Source of the DNA: an uncultured delta proteobacterium
GTDB lineage: Bacteria > Desulfobacterota > Desulfomonilia > UBA1062
Assembly: GCA_963798485.1 (NCBI GenBank)
Contig: CAWCTR010000024.1
Span: 1-64,000, forward strand
Direction: 5' to 3'
DNA: 64,000 bases
Shown here: in pieces, positions 48,119 through 57,861 of the stretch
How the letters are laid out: every line of letters starts with the position of its first letter
Position numbering within the stretch: the first letter of the stretch is position 1
Notes under the pieces: generated by a model
Told to the model about the DNA's origin: nothing
Databases searched by the model: none
The model's input: the letters and a program-made list of their open reading frames with translations, nothing else
Translations under genes and position numbers: made by a program

Positions 48119-49375
48119 ATGAAAATAGCGGTCGTGGGTGCAGGTGTTGCAGGCATTGTTGCATCCTATCTCCTTCAAAGACAGCACGACATCACCTTAT
48201 ATGACAAGAATGACTACATCGGCGGCCACACCCACACCATTGTCATTGAGAGAGGAGAAGATGCGGGTACGCCTGTAGATACCGGCTTCATTGTATTCAA
48301 TGAGAAGACATACCCCAACTTCTTGCGTTTCCTTTCACAGCTCGGGGTTGAAAAGCAGAACAGCACCATGTGCTTCAGTTATTATGATGAAAGAACAGGT
48401 CTTACCTATGGGAGTGAAACCCTTGACACCTTATTTGCACAGCGCATAAACACCTGCAAGCCATCCTTCTGGATGATGATCTTCGGAATCCTCCACTTCA
48501 ATCACCATACTCCGAAACGCCTGCATGAAGGAAGGTTAAAGGACTTCACCATGGGCCAGTATCTTACAACCTGCCGGTACAATCCCCACTTCATCGAGAA
48601 ATATCTTCTCCCTATGTGTGCCTCAGTCTGGTCAGCACCTGATGTGCGGATGCTTGATTTTCCCATGGAAACCTTTGCGCGATTCTTTTTAAACCACGGC
48701 CTTTTCTCCATAATCAAGCACCCCCAGTGGTACACGGTTAAAGGAGGAAGCCATGAATACGTCAAGGCATTTTTAAAAACTTTCAAAGGGCGTGTTCTTC
48801 CAAACACTCCAGTGCAGGGAATCCGAAGAGAAAACGGCAGGGTGTTCGTAAAGGCCAACGATGGCAGCGAAGAGGATTATGATAAAGTCGTACTTGCCTG
48901 CCATGCAGACGAGTCGCTCCGCATACTCACTGATCCATCGTCGGAAGAGTCTCGACTCCTGACCCCCTGGACGTATTCCTTCAACAGGACTGTCCTTCAT
49001 ACAGATACATCTTTTCTCCCTTCCCATCAAAAGGTCTGGTCTTCATGGAATTATGTCCGCTCATCAGAGGTACAATCAGGTTCGCCTGTCATGCTCACCT
49101 ATCACATGAACCGATTGCAGAACCTCTCAACCAAGAGTCAATACTGTGTAACCCTTAACCCCAAGAGATCGGTGAAACAAGGCTATGTTATCAGGGATAT
49201 GGTCTACACCCACCCAATTTTTACGCCTGAGTCCTTATCTTCACAGGCGGAGATCAATAAGATGAGCGGACAGAGGAACACTTATTACTGCGGGAGTTAC
49301 CTGGGATACGGTTTTCACGAGGATGCAGTGAAGTCCGCAGTGGCTGTAGCGAGGTCATTGAGTATCGAGTTATGA
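48119..49375 (+). CDS. FAD-dependent oxidoreductase (COG2907; UfaD/RSP1091-like)
   Basis: GAGVAG Rossmann motif, GGHTHT, VDTGFIVFNEKTYPNF, WSSWNY and GYGFHEDA. Confidence 0.85.
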   Translation: MKIAVVGAGVAGIVASYLLQRQHDITLYDKNDYIGGHTHTIVIERGEDAGTPVDTGFIVFNEKTYPNFLRFLSQLGVEKQNSTMCFSYYDERTGLTYGSETLDTLFAQRINTCKPSFWMMIFGILHFNHHTPKRLHEGRLKDFTMGQYLTTCRYNPHFIEKYLLPMCASVWSAPDVRMLDFPMETFARFFLNHGLFSIIKHPQWYTVKGGSHEYVKAFLKTFKGRVLPNTPVQGIRRENGRVFVKANDGSEEDYDKVVLACHADESLRILTDPSSEESRLLTPWTYSFNRTVLHTDTSFLPSHQKVWSSWNYVRSSEVQSGSPVMLTYHMNRLQNLSTKSQYCVTLNPKRSVKQGYVIRDMVYTHPIFTPESLSSQAEINKMSGQRNTYYCGSYLGYGFHEDAVKSAVAVARSLSIEL

Positions 49376-51381
49376 GGTCAAGGATTTACGAAGGCTTTGT
49401 TGAGCACATCCGGGTAAAGCCTGTCTTTCACAGGCTAAGATATCCCCTGTACTTTTACTGCATCGACCTGGACGAACTCTCCGAGATGGATAAAAAGCTT
49501 CCCCTTTTCGGTTATAATCGGATGTGGCCCGTATCCATCTATGATGCCGATTACCTTGATGGCGGTGCAGGACCGATCAAGGAGAAGGTCATGCATCTTC
49601 TCGGACAAAGCGGCCTTGCCTCTGAAGTCCAACGTATCTTCCTTGTCACACAGCCCAGATACTTTATGGGTATATTCAACCCGGTGAGTTTCTACTACTG
49701 TTTTGGAAAAAACGGAAATCTTAGCTGCGTAGTGACTGAGGTGAACAACACCTTTGGCGAACGGCATGTATATGTTCTGAAGGATGCACGGGATCAGGGA
49801 AATGTCTATCCTGCCGTGTTCACGACGGACAAGGCATTTCATGTATCGCCCTTTAATGATGTGAGTGGCAGCTATGAAATGAGCTTCTCTGAGATTGGAG
49901 ATGAGGTTGACATCCATGTAGATCTCATTCGCGATGGTGAGAAGGTATTCGGTGCACAGCTCTTTGGAAGGGCACGGCCCATGACCACCAAGGAACAGCT
50001 CTCTGTCATCTTGAGGCACCCCCTCATCCCCCGACTCACCATGGCCAGGATCTACTGGGAGGCGGCCAAGCTTTTCTTTCTCAGGAAGTTATCCTATCAC
50101 CCGAAACCTTCACCCATGAGCATCATGACTATAAAGCGGAACCCACCGACTGCAATGCAACGTTTTATCATGAAGGTGATTGAAAGCCTGCTCGAAGGGA
50201 TTGAACGGGGTAGACTCGAACTTTTGTTGTCGGATGGGAGTACGCACAGCTTCGGAAAAGAATACAAGTCTCAGCAACCTGAGTGCATCCTTGTCAACGA
50301 CTATGAATTTTTCACACGAATAGCGTTTCATGGTGATATCGGCCTCGGCGAGGCTTACATGGATGGTCTATGGGACAGCGATGACCTTACGGGGGTACTC
50401 AAACTTCTCATCGAGAACAGGAAGGCCATATCCGAGGGGAACCTTGCATTCTCAGCTATCTCTCGCAGCCGGAACTACAGATTGCATCTCTCACGACCCA
50501 ACACCCTTCTCGGCAGCAAGGAGAACATTGCAGCTCATTATGATTTGAGCGCCGACTTCTATGGGACCTTCCTGGACAAGACCATGACATATTCCTGCGG
50601 GATTTTCAGGTCTGAAGACGAAAGCCTGGAAGATGCTCAGCACAATAAGATTCAAAGTATTATTGAAAAAGCTGGTATCACCAGGAAAGATCATGTCCTG
50701 GAGATCGGGTGCGGTTGGGGAGGGTTTGCCATAGAAGCTGTCAAGGCTACTGGATGTAGCTTAACTGGTATAACCATCTCAAAAACACAGTATGATTATG
50801 CAAAGGAAAGGGTGAAGCGCGAAGGCCTTGAAGACAGGATAGAGATCCTTTTGGAGGACTACCGCACTGTACGAGGTTCATATGACAAGATCACCTCCAT
50901 CGAGATGCTCGAAGCTGTGGGGCATGATCATCTGGGAAACTTTTTTGCTATCTGCGATAACCTCCTCAAACCCGAGGGCCTGGCAGTGCTCCAGGTAATA
51001 ACCATCCCGGATGCCCGTTATGAAACGTATCGGAGCGAGGCGAACTGGATCAATAAACATATCTTCCCAGGTGGGCACTTACCTTCACTCACTGCTATAT
51101 GCGATGCTATGACTGCACAGTCCAGGCTGCAAGTGGAACATATCGAGAACATCGGCATTCACTATGCCGAAACACTCAAGCGCTGGCGTCAACGTTTTAT
51201 AGCTGCAAAGGATGATTTGACGAAGATGGGCTTTGACAGGACCTTGCAGCGCAAATGGATATACTACTTCTCCATATGTGAGGCCCAGTTTGCCTTGCGT
51301 GTACTGAATAACCTCCAGATTGTTCTAACAAGGGAGGGGAACAGACGCCTCAAGCGAAATCAGGGTATAGTATACCTTTGA
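49372..51381 (+). CDS. Fusion of DUF1365 (UfaO/RSP1090-like) and a CFA-synthase-family fatty-acyl methyltransferase (UfaM/CfaS-like)
   Basis: N-terminal HIR.P..H, FNPVSFYY, EVNNTFGERH and KAFHVSPF; C-terminal GLGEAYM, NIAAHYDL, MTYSC, LEIGCGWG, SIEMLEAVG and IFPGG; one continuous 669-aa ORF. Confidence 0.85.
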   Translation: MRSRIYEGFVEHIRVKPVFHRLRYPLYFYCIDLDELSEMDKKLPLFGYNRMWPVSIYDADYLDGGAGPIKEKVMHLLGQSGLASEVQRIFLVTQPRYFMGIFNPVSFYYCFGKNGNLSCVVTEVNNTFGERHVYVLKDARDQGNVYPAVFTTDKAFHVSPFNDVSGSYEMSFSEIGDEVDIHVDLIRDGEKVFGAQLFGRARPMTTKEQLSVILRHPLIPRLTMARIYWEAAKLFFLRKLSYHPKPSPMSIMTIKRNPPTAMQRFIMKVIESLLEGIERGRLELLLSDGSTHSFGKEYKSQQPECILVNDYEFFTRIAFHGDIGLGEAYMDGLWDSDDLTGVLKLLIENRKAISEGNLAFSAISRSRNYRLHLSRPNTLLGSKENIAAHYDLSADFYGTFLDKTMTYSCGIFRSEDESLEDAQHNKIQSIIEKAGITRKDHVLEIGCGWGGFAIEAVKATGCSLTGITISKTQYDYAKERVKREGLEDRIEILLEDYRTVRGSYDKITSIEMLEAVGHDHLGNFFAICDNLLKPEGLAVLQVITIPDARYETYRSEANWINKHIFPGGHLPSLTAICDAMTAQSRLQVEHIENIGIHYAETLKRWRQRFIAAKDDLTKMGFDRTLQRKWIYYFSICEAQFALRVLNNLQIVLTREGNRRLKRNQGIVYL

Positions 51382-51399
51382 AGGGAGAGAATAAGAACA

Positions 51400-51984
51400 A
51401 TGAGTAAGAAAGACAGGAGAATCATCCTCATCTGCCAGTGCCTTGTAAATCCTTACTGCAGGGTGCACATCCTGGGGCAGAACTTCCCTTTATCACTTGA
51501 AGTAACAGACTATTTGCTGAGGAAGAACGTGGGCATCATCCAGTATTCCTGCCCCGAGACTACTGCCATGGGCCTGATGCGAAACCCCCAAGGTCGACAG
51601 CAATACGACAATATCTTCTTCCGCAACCATTGTAAGGAATTGCTCCAGGTGCCCATGCTAATGGTCAGGGAATTCCTCAAGAACCACTACCGCCTGTGCT
51701 GTTTCATCGGCCTGGAGAACAGCCCTACCTGCGGCATCCACTGGGGTCGGCACAAGGTGAACAGGTATGGCACCGAGTCGCCCAACACCGACGAAGTGTA
51801 TGGAAAAAATCCAAAAGACCCAGTTCTACGGGGAATCATGGGCGAGATCCTGGAGGAGGAACTGGCCAAGGAGGGGATCACAACCCCATTTCTGGAACTG
51901 CCGGCCCTTTCTCCTGCCGATTCGGACAAAAGGAAACAGTTCTGGAAAGATCTAGAGGATGCACTTTATTATATTCCTGCATAA
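51400..51984 (+). CDS. TudS/DUF523-related putative [4Fe-4S] desulfidase (CD3072-like)
   Basis: CQCLVN, IIQYSCPE and FIGLENSPTCG reproduce the C..CPE..SPSCG pattern of TudS-related proteins. Confidence 0.65.
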   Translation: MSKKDRRIILICQCLVNPYCRVHILGQNFPLSLEVTDYLLRKNVGIIQYSCPETTAMGLMRNPQGRQQYDNIFFRNHCKELLQVPMLMVREFLKNHYRLCCFIGLENSPTCGIHWGRHKVNRYGTESPNTDEVYGKNPKDPVLRGIMGEILEEELAKEGITTPFLELPALSPADSDKRKQFWKDLEDALYYIPA

Positions 51985-52108
51985 GAGCAGGTAGCTTCTT
52001 AAGCTCCCTCTGCCTGTTTATTACACATCCTGTTTTCAAAGATACCGCAGGATGCTTCAGACTTTTGATTTGCTATAGTTGTAGAGAACATTTTCATAAA
52101 AGTATTCA

Positions 52109-52771
52109 ATGGGGGATATAATGGGAATAGATACACGAAGCTCTCAGTTTATAGCCTTCTTTATTTTCATTTTCTTGCCCCTCATACCGGTATATGAAAC
52201 AGCAATGGCAATTGAAGAGGCATCCTACAAAGTAATCGAGAAAGATGGGGATTTTGAGCTTAGACAATATGTGCCTCAAATCGTAGCAGATACTATCGTT
52301 GAAGGGGATTTCGATAAGGTCGGTAATGAAGGATTCTCAAGGCTCTTCGGTTATATCTCGGGCAACAACACGAAAAAGCAATCGATTTCCATGACTGCCC
52401 CGGTATCACAGGAGGCAGGATCAGAAAAAATCCCCATGACTGCACCTGTTAACCAGGAACAGGTGGGTAACAAGTGGCATATCAGTTTTTTAATGCCATC
52501 CAACTACACATTGGAGACCCTGCCTGAACCAACAGACAAGAGGATCGTACTGAAACTGATTCCCTCTCGAAACGTTGCTGCGATCACTTATTCCGGAACA
52601 TGGAGTAGATCCCGTTATGAGGAACACAAAGCCATTCTGGGGAAAGCGATGAATAACAGAAAGCTGAAACCTATTGGGGAGTATATATTTGCACGATACA
52701 ATCCTCCTTTCATGCCGTGGTTTTTACGAAGAAACGAGGTGCTTGTTAACGTTGAATTATTTCATGAGTGA
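52109..52771 (+). CDS. SOUL-family heme-binding protein
   Basis: FELRQY, GFSRLFGYISG.N, MTAPV (twice) and ARYNPPF...RRNEV motifs. Confidence 0.9.
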   Translation: MGDIMGIDTRSSQFIAFFIFIFLPLIPVYETAMAIEEASYKVIEKDGDFELRQYVPQIVADTIVEGDFDKVGNEGFSRLFGYISGNNTKKQSISMTAPVSQEAGSEKIPMTAPVNQEQVGNKWHISFLMPSNYTLETLPEPTDKRIVLKLIPSRNVAAITYSGTWSRSRYEEHKAILGKAMNNRKLKPIGEYIFARYNPPFMPWFLRRNEVLVNVELFHE

Positions 52772-52883
52772 GATGAATGGAATGACCATTTATACGAGGA
52801 AACCCATTTCGCCTTGAATATGATACTTCTTTTAACACATACTAACAATTGAATATGATTCCTGTCATTAAGGAGATGTTTCC

Positions 52884-53744
52884 ATGTCGAAGGACCATAT
52901 GGCACGTGTTATGACACAGGATATCGGTGATGCAGATCTGTCTTATCTGCTCTATGAGGGTGAAGGACCTCCTCTTGTTCTTCTCCACGCCACAGGTTTT
53001 CTTCCCTGGCTGTGGCACCCAATTGCAAGGAAGCTCGCGCCAGAGTGGCGAGTTATTGCACCCTATTTTTGCGATCATCGGATATCAGACCCAGAAAAGG
53101 GAGGTCTGAACTGGCTGACTATTGCCCAAGATCTGGCAAACTTATGCAAGGGGCTCGGGCTGGAAAAGCCTGCCATGGCAGGACACTCTATGGGCGCCAC
53201 GATCATTACCATTGCCAATGCATGCTTCGGGCTCGATGCGCGAGGCCTAGTCCTTTTCGAACCCATATTCCTTCCAGAAAATTTCTATAAGGCGCAGGTA
53301 ACCATAGACCTCCACCCGCTCGCCTCAAAGGCCATACGCAGGAAAGACAAGTGGTCTGGCAAGGACGAGGCACATGCCTATCTAAGATCAAAGGCCCTGT
53401 TCAAGAACTGGGATGAAGAGATGCTGGAACTATATATCGAATACGGAATGAAAAGACTCGATGCCGGAGGACTCCAGCTCACATGCTCGCCTATGCGTGA
53501 GGCGTCACTCTTTATGGGTGGAATGCAGTATGATCCCTGGCCTGTGCTGCCTCAAATTTCATGTCCAACACTGGTTCTTGAAGGTGAAGAGAGTGAAAAC
53601 CGCGCTTATATCGACTTGAAGAAGGTCACTTCACTTTTTAAACAGGGCACCTACAAGCTAGTAAATGGAGCTGGTCACCTTATCCCACAGGAGAAACCCA
53701 GGGAGTCGCTCGAGATCATCAGGAGTTTCTTTAGTAACCCCTAA
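52884..53744 (+). CDS. Alpha/beta-hydrolase
   Basis: LLHATGF, GHSMG nucleophile and GAGHLIPQE. Confidence 0.85.
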   Translation: MSKDHMARVMTQDIGDADLSYLLYEGEGPPLVLLHATGFLPWLWHPIARKLAPEWRVIAPYFCDHRISDPEKGGLNWLTIAQDLANLCKGLGLEKPAMAGHSMGATIITIANACFGLDARGLVLFEPIFLPENFYKAQVTIDLHPLASKAIRRKDKWSGKDEAHAYLRSKALFKNWDEEMLELYIEYGMKRLDAGGLQLTCSPMREASLFMGGMQYDPWPVLPQISCPTLVLEGEESENRAYIDLKKVTSLFKQGTYKLVNGAGHLIPQEKPRESLEIIRSFFSNP

Positions 53745-53807
53745 GAATGCAGGGTTGTAGCTCCTATATTAACGGATATCTCTAGCTTCTCTGATCCCAG
53801 TCAGCAG

Positions 53808-54350
53808 TTATGCTGCGCCTCCTTTGGATGCGATAAATCCTTGGGCCGGCGTTCCGGTATCTCCCGGAGTTCCTGCTATTTGTGATAAATATGAGGCGCC
53901 GAGCTTATTGATGTGTTCTCCGACATTATCGAAGTAATTGAAATGAGCCTGCTCTTCATCAATAATGGTCTCGAAGAGCTTCATGCTGAGGCTGTCACCG
54001 TTTTCACGGCATGCCAACACGAATTGATTGTAGATATCTATAGTGTCATCCTCGAGTCCGGCATCAAAAGGAAAGATGACCTCTACCTTCTGCCCCTTCT
54101 CGATCTTTGCCGTTGGCTCTGCAGTCGGCTCACCGTTAAGCTCCTTGATCCGCTCTGCAAACATCTCAGCATGGCGCATCTCATCAATGGCAATGAGCTT
54201 TACCTTCAAGGCCAGATCGCCATAATCCATGTTGTCCAGATTATAGTGCTGGTTCATGTATTGGTAGATAGCCTGCAGCTCCATGGAGCGGGCCTTGTTG
54301 AGAACCTCCACAACCTTTTTCTTCTTTGTATCTCTTGAGTCCCGCGCCAT
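53808..54350 (-). CDS. bfr: Bacterioferritin (Desulfovibrio-type)
   Basis: ELQAIYQY, AIDEMRHAE, LEDDT and DEEQAH di-iron ligands; GGAGG RBS before MARDS. Confidence 0.85.
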   Translation of the reverse strand: MARDSRDTKKKKVVEVLNKARSMELQAIYQYMNQHYNLDNMDYGDLALKVKLIAIDEMRHAEMFAERIKELNGEPTAEPTAKIEKGQKVEVIFPFDAGLEDDTIDIYNQFVLACRENGDSLSMKLFETIIDEEQAHFNYFDNVGEHINKLGASYLSQIAGTPGDTGTPAQGFIASKGGAA

Positions 54351-54455
54351 TAGATACCTCCATAGTAATTTCAATTCATAATAAGGATTTGTAAGTAAAC
54401 TAACAAGACCCCCACTGGATGATTGTCCCGATTCTTTGATGTGGAATAATCAGGT

Positions 54456-54908
54456 TCATTGCTTGATGTGAAGCTCCATAACGTTCTGAAAATCGTTCAC
54501 GATGTAGTAAGTATCCACGTCCACCTTGAGCAGGGCACAGGTAGGTGATGTAACGAACTCCTTGAGATACGGATGCGTTGAGAGATAGAGTTTTAGGAGA
54601 AGATCTTTTTCCGGGGCTCCGGACTCTATAACTGACCCCGTAGCGGTTACGGCGATCGCCTGATGAAAATCTGTTTCCTGGTTGGCTCGGTTATCCATTA
54701 CGAGCGCGACCATAGGATTATGGGTTAGATTATCAAATTTGCGAGTATCACGCGTGGTGGCGAAGAGCAGGGACTTGAGATCATCGGTTGCGGCGAAAGC
54801 CACTAAGCTGCCATACGCCTGTCCACTGCCATACGTCGCCAGGACGGCCAAAGACTGAGACGAGAATAAATCTTTAAGAAGTGTTTTAAGCTGGGTTGCA
54901 TTTTTCAA
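54456..54908 (-). CDS. Pyridoxamine 5'-phosphate oxidase-family (split-barrel FMN-binding) protein
   Basis: LAVLAT...YGSLVAF and TRKFDNL..NPMVAL motifs. Confidence 0.8.
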   Translation of the reverse strand: MKNATQLKTLLKDLFSSQSLAVLATYGSGQAYGSLVAFAATDDLKSLLFATTRDTRKFDNLTHNPMVALVMDNRANQETDFHQAIAVTATGSVIESGAPEKDLLLKLYLSTHPYLKEFVTSPTCALLKVDVDTYYIVNDFQNVMELHIKQ

Positions 54909-54934
54909 GGGTCCCTCTCTGTGATGGTATCTTC

Positions 54935-55843
54935 CTACTGAGCGACAATGCTTTGCAGAGCCTTGTCAATCTCAGGGTATTGGAATACAAAACCGCTGTC
55001 AAGCAACCGACGTGGAATGACTCTCTGTCCTTCGAGAAGGACCGACCCAAATTCTCCCAGCACCAACTTGATCATGAACCCGGGGGCTGGCATGAAAGAA
55101 GGCCGGTGAAGGGCTTTTCCGAGGGCCTTTGCCAGATCCTTGTTTCTTACAGGGTCCGGAGCACAGAGATTCACCGGTCCTGATATCTCCGTATGTTTCA
55201 TCAGGAAAACGAAAGCTTCTGCAAGATCTTTGATGTGGATCCAGGAGAACCACTGGAGGCCGCTCCCGATGGGGCCCCCAATAAACATCTTGAAGAGGGG
55301 GATCATCTGGCCGAGAGCCCCTCCATTTTTTCCCAGGACGATGCCGAACCGGGTTACGACAACCCGGGCTCCCCGTTCTTCTGCCTTAAAGGCTTCCGTT
55401 TCCCATTCAACGGCAAGCCTTGCAAGAAAATCATTGCCCGGGGAGGATTCTTCGATGAGCTCTTCGTCTTCATGGAACCCGTAGTAGCCTACGGCAGACG
55501 TGCTGAAGAGCGTAATCTGTCTGTCTGAACTAGCGGGGATTCCCTCCACAAGATTCCTCGTGGTGCTGATCCGGCTTTCTATGAGTAGCTTTTTATATGC
55601 TTCCGTCCACCGACTGAAGATGGAGGCACCAGCAAGATTGATGATGACATCGTGATCCCTTATTGAATCCTGCCAAGACCCTTTTTGCGTGCAGTCTCCC
55701 TGTAGATAGGTGATACATGGGGAGGCCGACTTAGATCCTTCTACAGATCTGGCAAGTATGGTGATCTCGTTTCCATGCTGGACTAAATGGTCTGAGAGAT
55801 AGGTACCAACAAATCCGGTACCACCTGTGACGAATATTTTCAT
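54935..55843 (-). CDS. TIGR01777-family NAD-dependent epimerase/oxidoreductase (YfcH-like)
   Basis: TGGTGFVG, INLAGA, SAVGYYG, RFGIVLG and GLQWFSWIH motifs. Confidence 0.9.
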   Translation of the reverse strand: MKIFVTGGTGFVGTYLSDHLVQHGNEITILARSVEGSKSASPCITYLQGDCTQKGSWQDSIRDHDVIINLAGASIFSRWTEAYKKLLIESRISTTRNLVEGIPASSDRQITLFSTSAVGYYGFHEDEELIEESSPGNDFLARLAVEWETEAFKAEERGARVVVTRFGIVLGKNGGALGQMIPLFKMFIGGPIGSGLQWFSWIHIKDLAEAFVFLMKHTEISGPVNLCAPDPVRNKDLAKALGKALHRPSFMPAPGFMIKLVLGEFGSVLLEGQRVIPRRLLDSGFVFQYPEIDKALQSIVAQ

Positions 55844-55975
55844 CTATACCCCTCCTGATTTTCTATGAAGAACAGACCCCTTCCCAAGGATCATGGTTTT
55901 TCAAGAGATCCAGGTTGCTATAAAATCCTACCCGGCCAAATCAAACCGGAGGTAACAAGTTGATCCTGAAGTCTC

Positions 55976-56362
55976 TTATTCTCTGTCCCCGATCAAGGGC
56001 AGTGTTTTATCAATCTTAAAATGGACAAGGTATCTGTTCTGCTTCATGTACTCTTCGTCCACTGGGCAACTCTCTCTTCGACGAAGGGTATCGATGAGGG
56101 GGCTGTTTTTTTCTTCTTTCGTCTTGGTTAGATAGAGCCTTTTCCCAACGTATTTTTCGCCTGCTTCCATAAACAGGTAGACGGCGTGTGGGTTGGACTC
56201 CAGGTTCTTATGAGTCAGCCGGTCCGCCATAATAAAGGCTACGGTCCCGTCATCCATGACGTGAGGCCTTGCATAGACAGCCGCCGTCAAAATGCCTCGT
56301 GAATCTGCTGTAGACATGACTCCCTTACCCTTTGCATTCTCAAAATATTCGCTCAGTTTCAT
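55976..56362 (-). CDS. Pyridoxamine 5'-phosphate oxidase-family protein
   Basis: GVMSTAD..G, AVYARPH, FIMADRLTHKNLESNPHA motifs. Confidence 0.75.
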   Translation of the reverse strand: MKLSEYFENAKGKGVMSTADSRGILTAAVYARPHVMDDGTVAFIMADRLTHKNLESNPHAVYLFMEAGEKYVGKRLYLTKTKEEKNSPLIDTLRRRESCPVDEEYMKQNRYLVHFKIDKTLPLIGDRE

Positions 56363-56414
56363 GGATAGAACCTCCTATTCATATATATTTTACATAATGT
56401 AGCAATTTTGAATT

Positions 56415-57779
56415 TCAAGATGTATATGGCGTTAATCGGCTCATCAACCTCACGTATTCGTCGGCATCAAACTTCCGTTTGAGGCCTCCTTCGTTCATAT
56501 ACCGGACATTCCCGAAGATCTCCCTTTCTTTCCATGGGCGATCATGTTTTCCCAAGCACCATGCCACGCCGGTGAATCCGCTTGGGTCTCTTCCATCCAG
56601 CTCGTATTTGTTGTTCAGGTAAAGGGCTGCCCGGAAGGCCTTATCAGGTGTCTTGCTCCATTCTAGAATTTTTTTACCCCAGTACATTCTCATATACCCG
56701 TGCATCTTCCCGGTAAAAACCATCTCCTTCTGGGCTGCATTCCAGTAGGGATCATGGGTTTTAGCCGTTTCCAGTTCTTCAAGGTCATAAAGATAGGGTC
56801 GCTTGTCTTTCTGATGGGCCTTCAATGTTTTTTGTGCCCATTGGGGGAGTGCCCCTTCAAAAGAATCGTATTGCCCATTATAGAAAACAAAATTCATACT
56901 TAGTTCCCTTCGGACTATGAGCTCTTCGAGATAGGCTTCTTTGATCAGGCCCTGTGTCTGTGATACCGTTAGCGCAATGGACAGCGGTGAGATCTGGCCA
57001 AAGTGCAGGTATGGGCTCATGTGCGAGAGGGAGTCGACCGTGGGGTCATTTCTTAATTCCGGGAAACGATCCAGCTTGTCTCTCAAGAAGAGCCGAAGAT
57101 GTTTTTTGGCTTCCCCGGCGCCGCCATGATAGGAAGAAACCTTCTTCACGCTCCGGTCAATATGAAGTCTGGAAACTGCTTCTTCAACATCGTCGATGTC
57201 AAAGGAATCAAAATCCAGAGATAGGGAATCGATGTCGGGATCAATCTCCTTCAGCGGACAAAGGAAATGATCCAGCTTCTTGTGAATCTTCGACCTGATG
57301 GTGGCTGCAGCGTATTCCTCTTTTGGGGAGGTCTCTTCAATGGGAACGATAACGTCACTTTCGACTTGAACCAGAGGGCAATCCATTCGGCTGGCTGCGT
57401 ATTCTCTCCACGCTCTCTGGATTTTCAAGTACCCGCGGTCTACAACAACGAAAGACGCTCCTTTCGCAAACTGAACCACTCCCTGTTCAGGGGAAGTGTG
57501 TTGGATCACAATCCTGATGCCTCTTTTCTCAAGAGAGCGTTTTACATCCCTAAGACCTTCGAGCATGAAGGTGTAATGCCTCTGACTGCCCTCCGGGAAG
57601 TGATCAGTAATACCGAAAAAGACAATAAGGGGCTGATGCAATTCATTGGCCTTAAACACGGCATACTCAAGGGCATGGTTATACTCCGTCCTTTGAGAGG
57701 CCTGCATCCAGTATAGAACGTATCTTCCCTTCTTCGTCTCCTTGGCATTCAGGGCTTGGATTCGTTCTTTTTGAATCAT
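56415..57779 (-). CDS. phr: Class II CPD DNA photolyase
   Basis: VLYWMQ..R, SPYLHFGQIS, EELIVRREL, MHGYMRMYWGKKILEW, LDGRDP and RYMN class II motifs. Confidence 0.9.
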   Translation of the reverse strand: MIQKERIQALNAKETKKGRYVLYWMQASQRTEYNHALEYAVFKANELHQPLIVFFGITDHFPEGSQRHYTFMLEGLRDVKRSLEKRGIRIVIQHTSPEQGVVQFAKGASFVVVDRGYLKIQRAWREYAASRMDCPLVQVESDVIVPIEETSPKEEYAAATIRSKIHKKLDHFLCPLKEIDPDIDSLSLDFDSFDIDDVEEAVSRLHIDRSVKKVSSYHGGAGEAKKHLRLFLRDKLDRFPELRNDPTVDSLSHMSPYLHFGQISPLSIALTVSQTQGLIKEAYLEELIVRRELSMNFVFYNGQYDSFEGALPQWAQKTLKAHQKDKRPYLYDLEELETAKTHDPYWNAAQKEMVFTGKMHGYMRMYWGKKILEWSKTPDKAFRAALYLNNKYELDGRDPSGFTGVAWCLGKHDRPWKEREIFGNVRYMNEGGLKRKFDADEYVRLMSRLTPYTS

Positions 57780-57861
57780 GGCCGCCTCTTTTCTTTAAGT
57801 GTTCGTGAACCCTAATGAAAAGATCGCCGGACTTCGTGAGCGGGTCCGTTAGATTGTTTGT

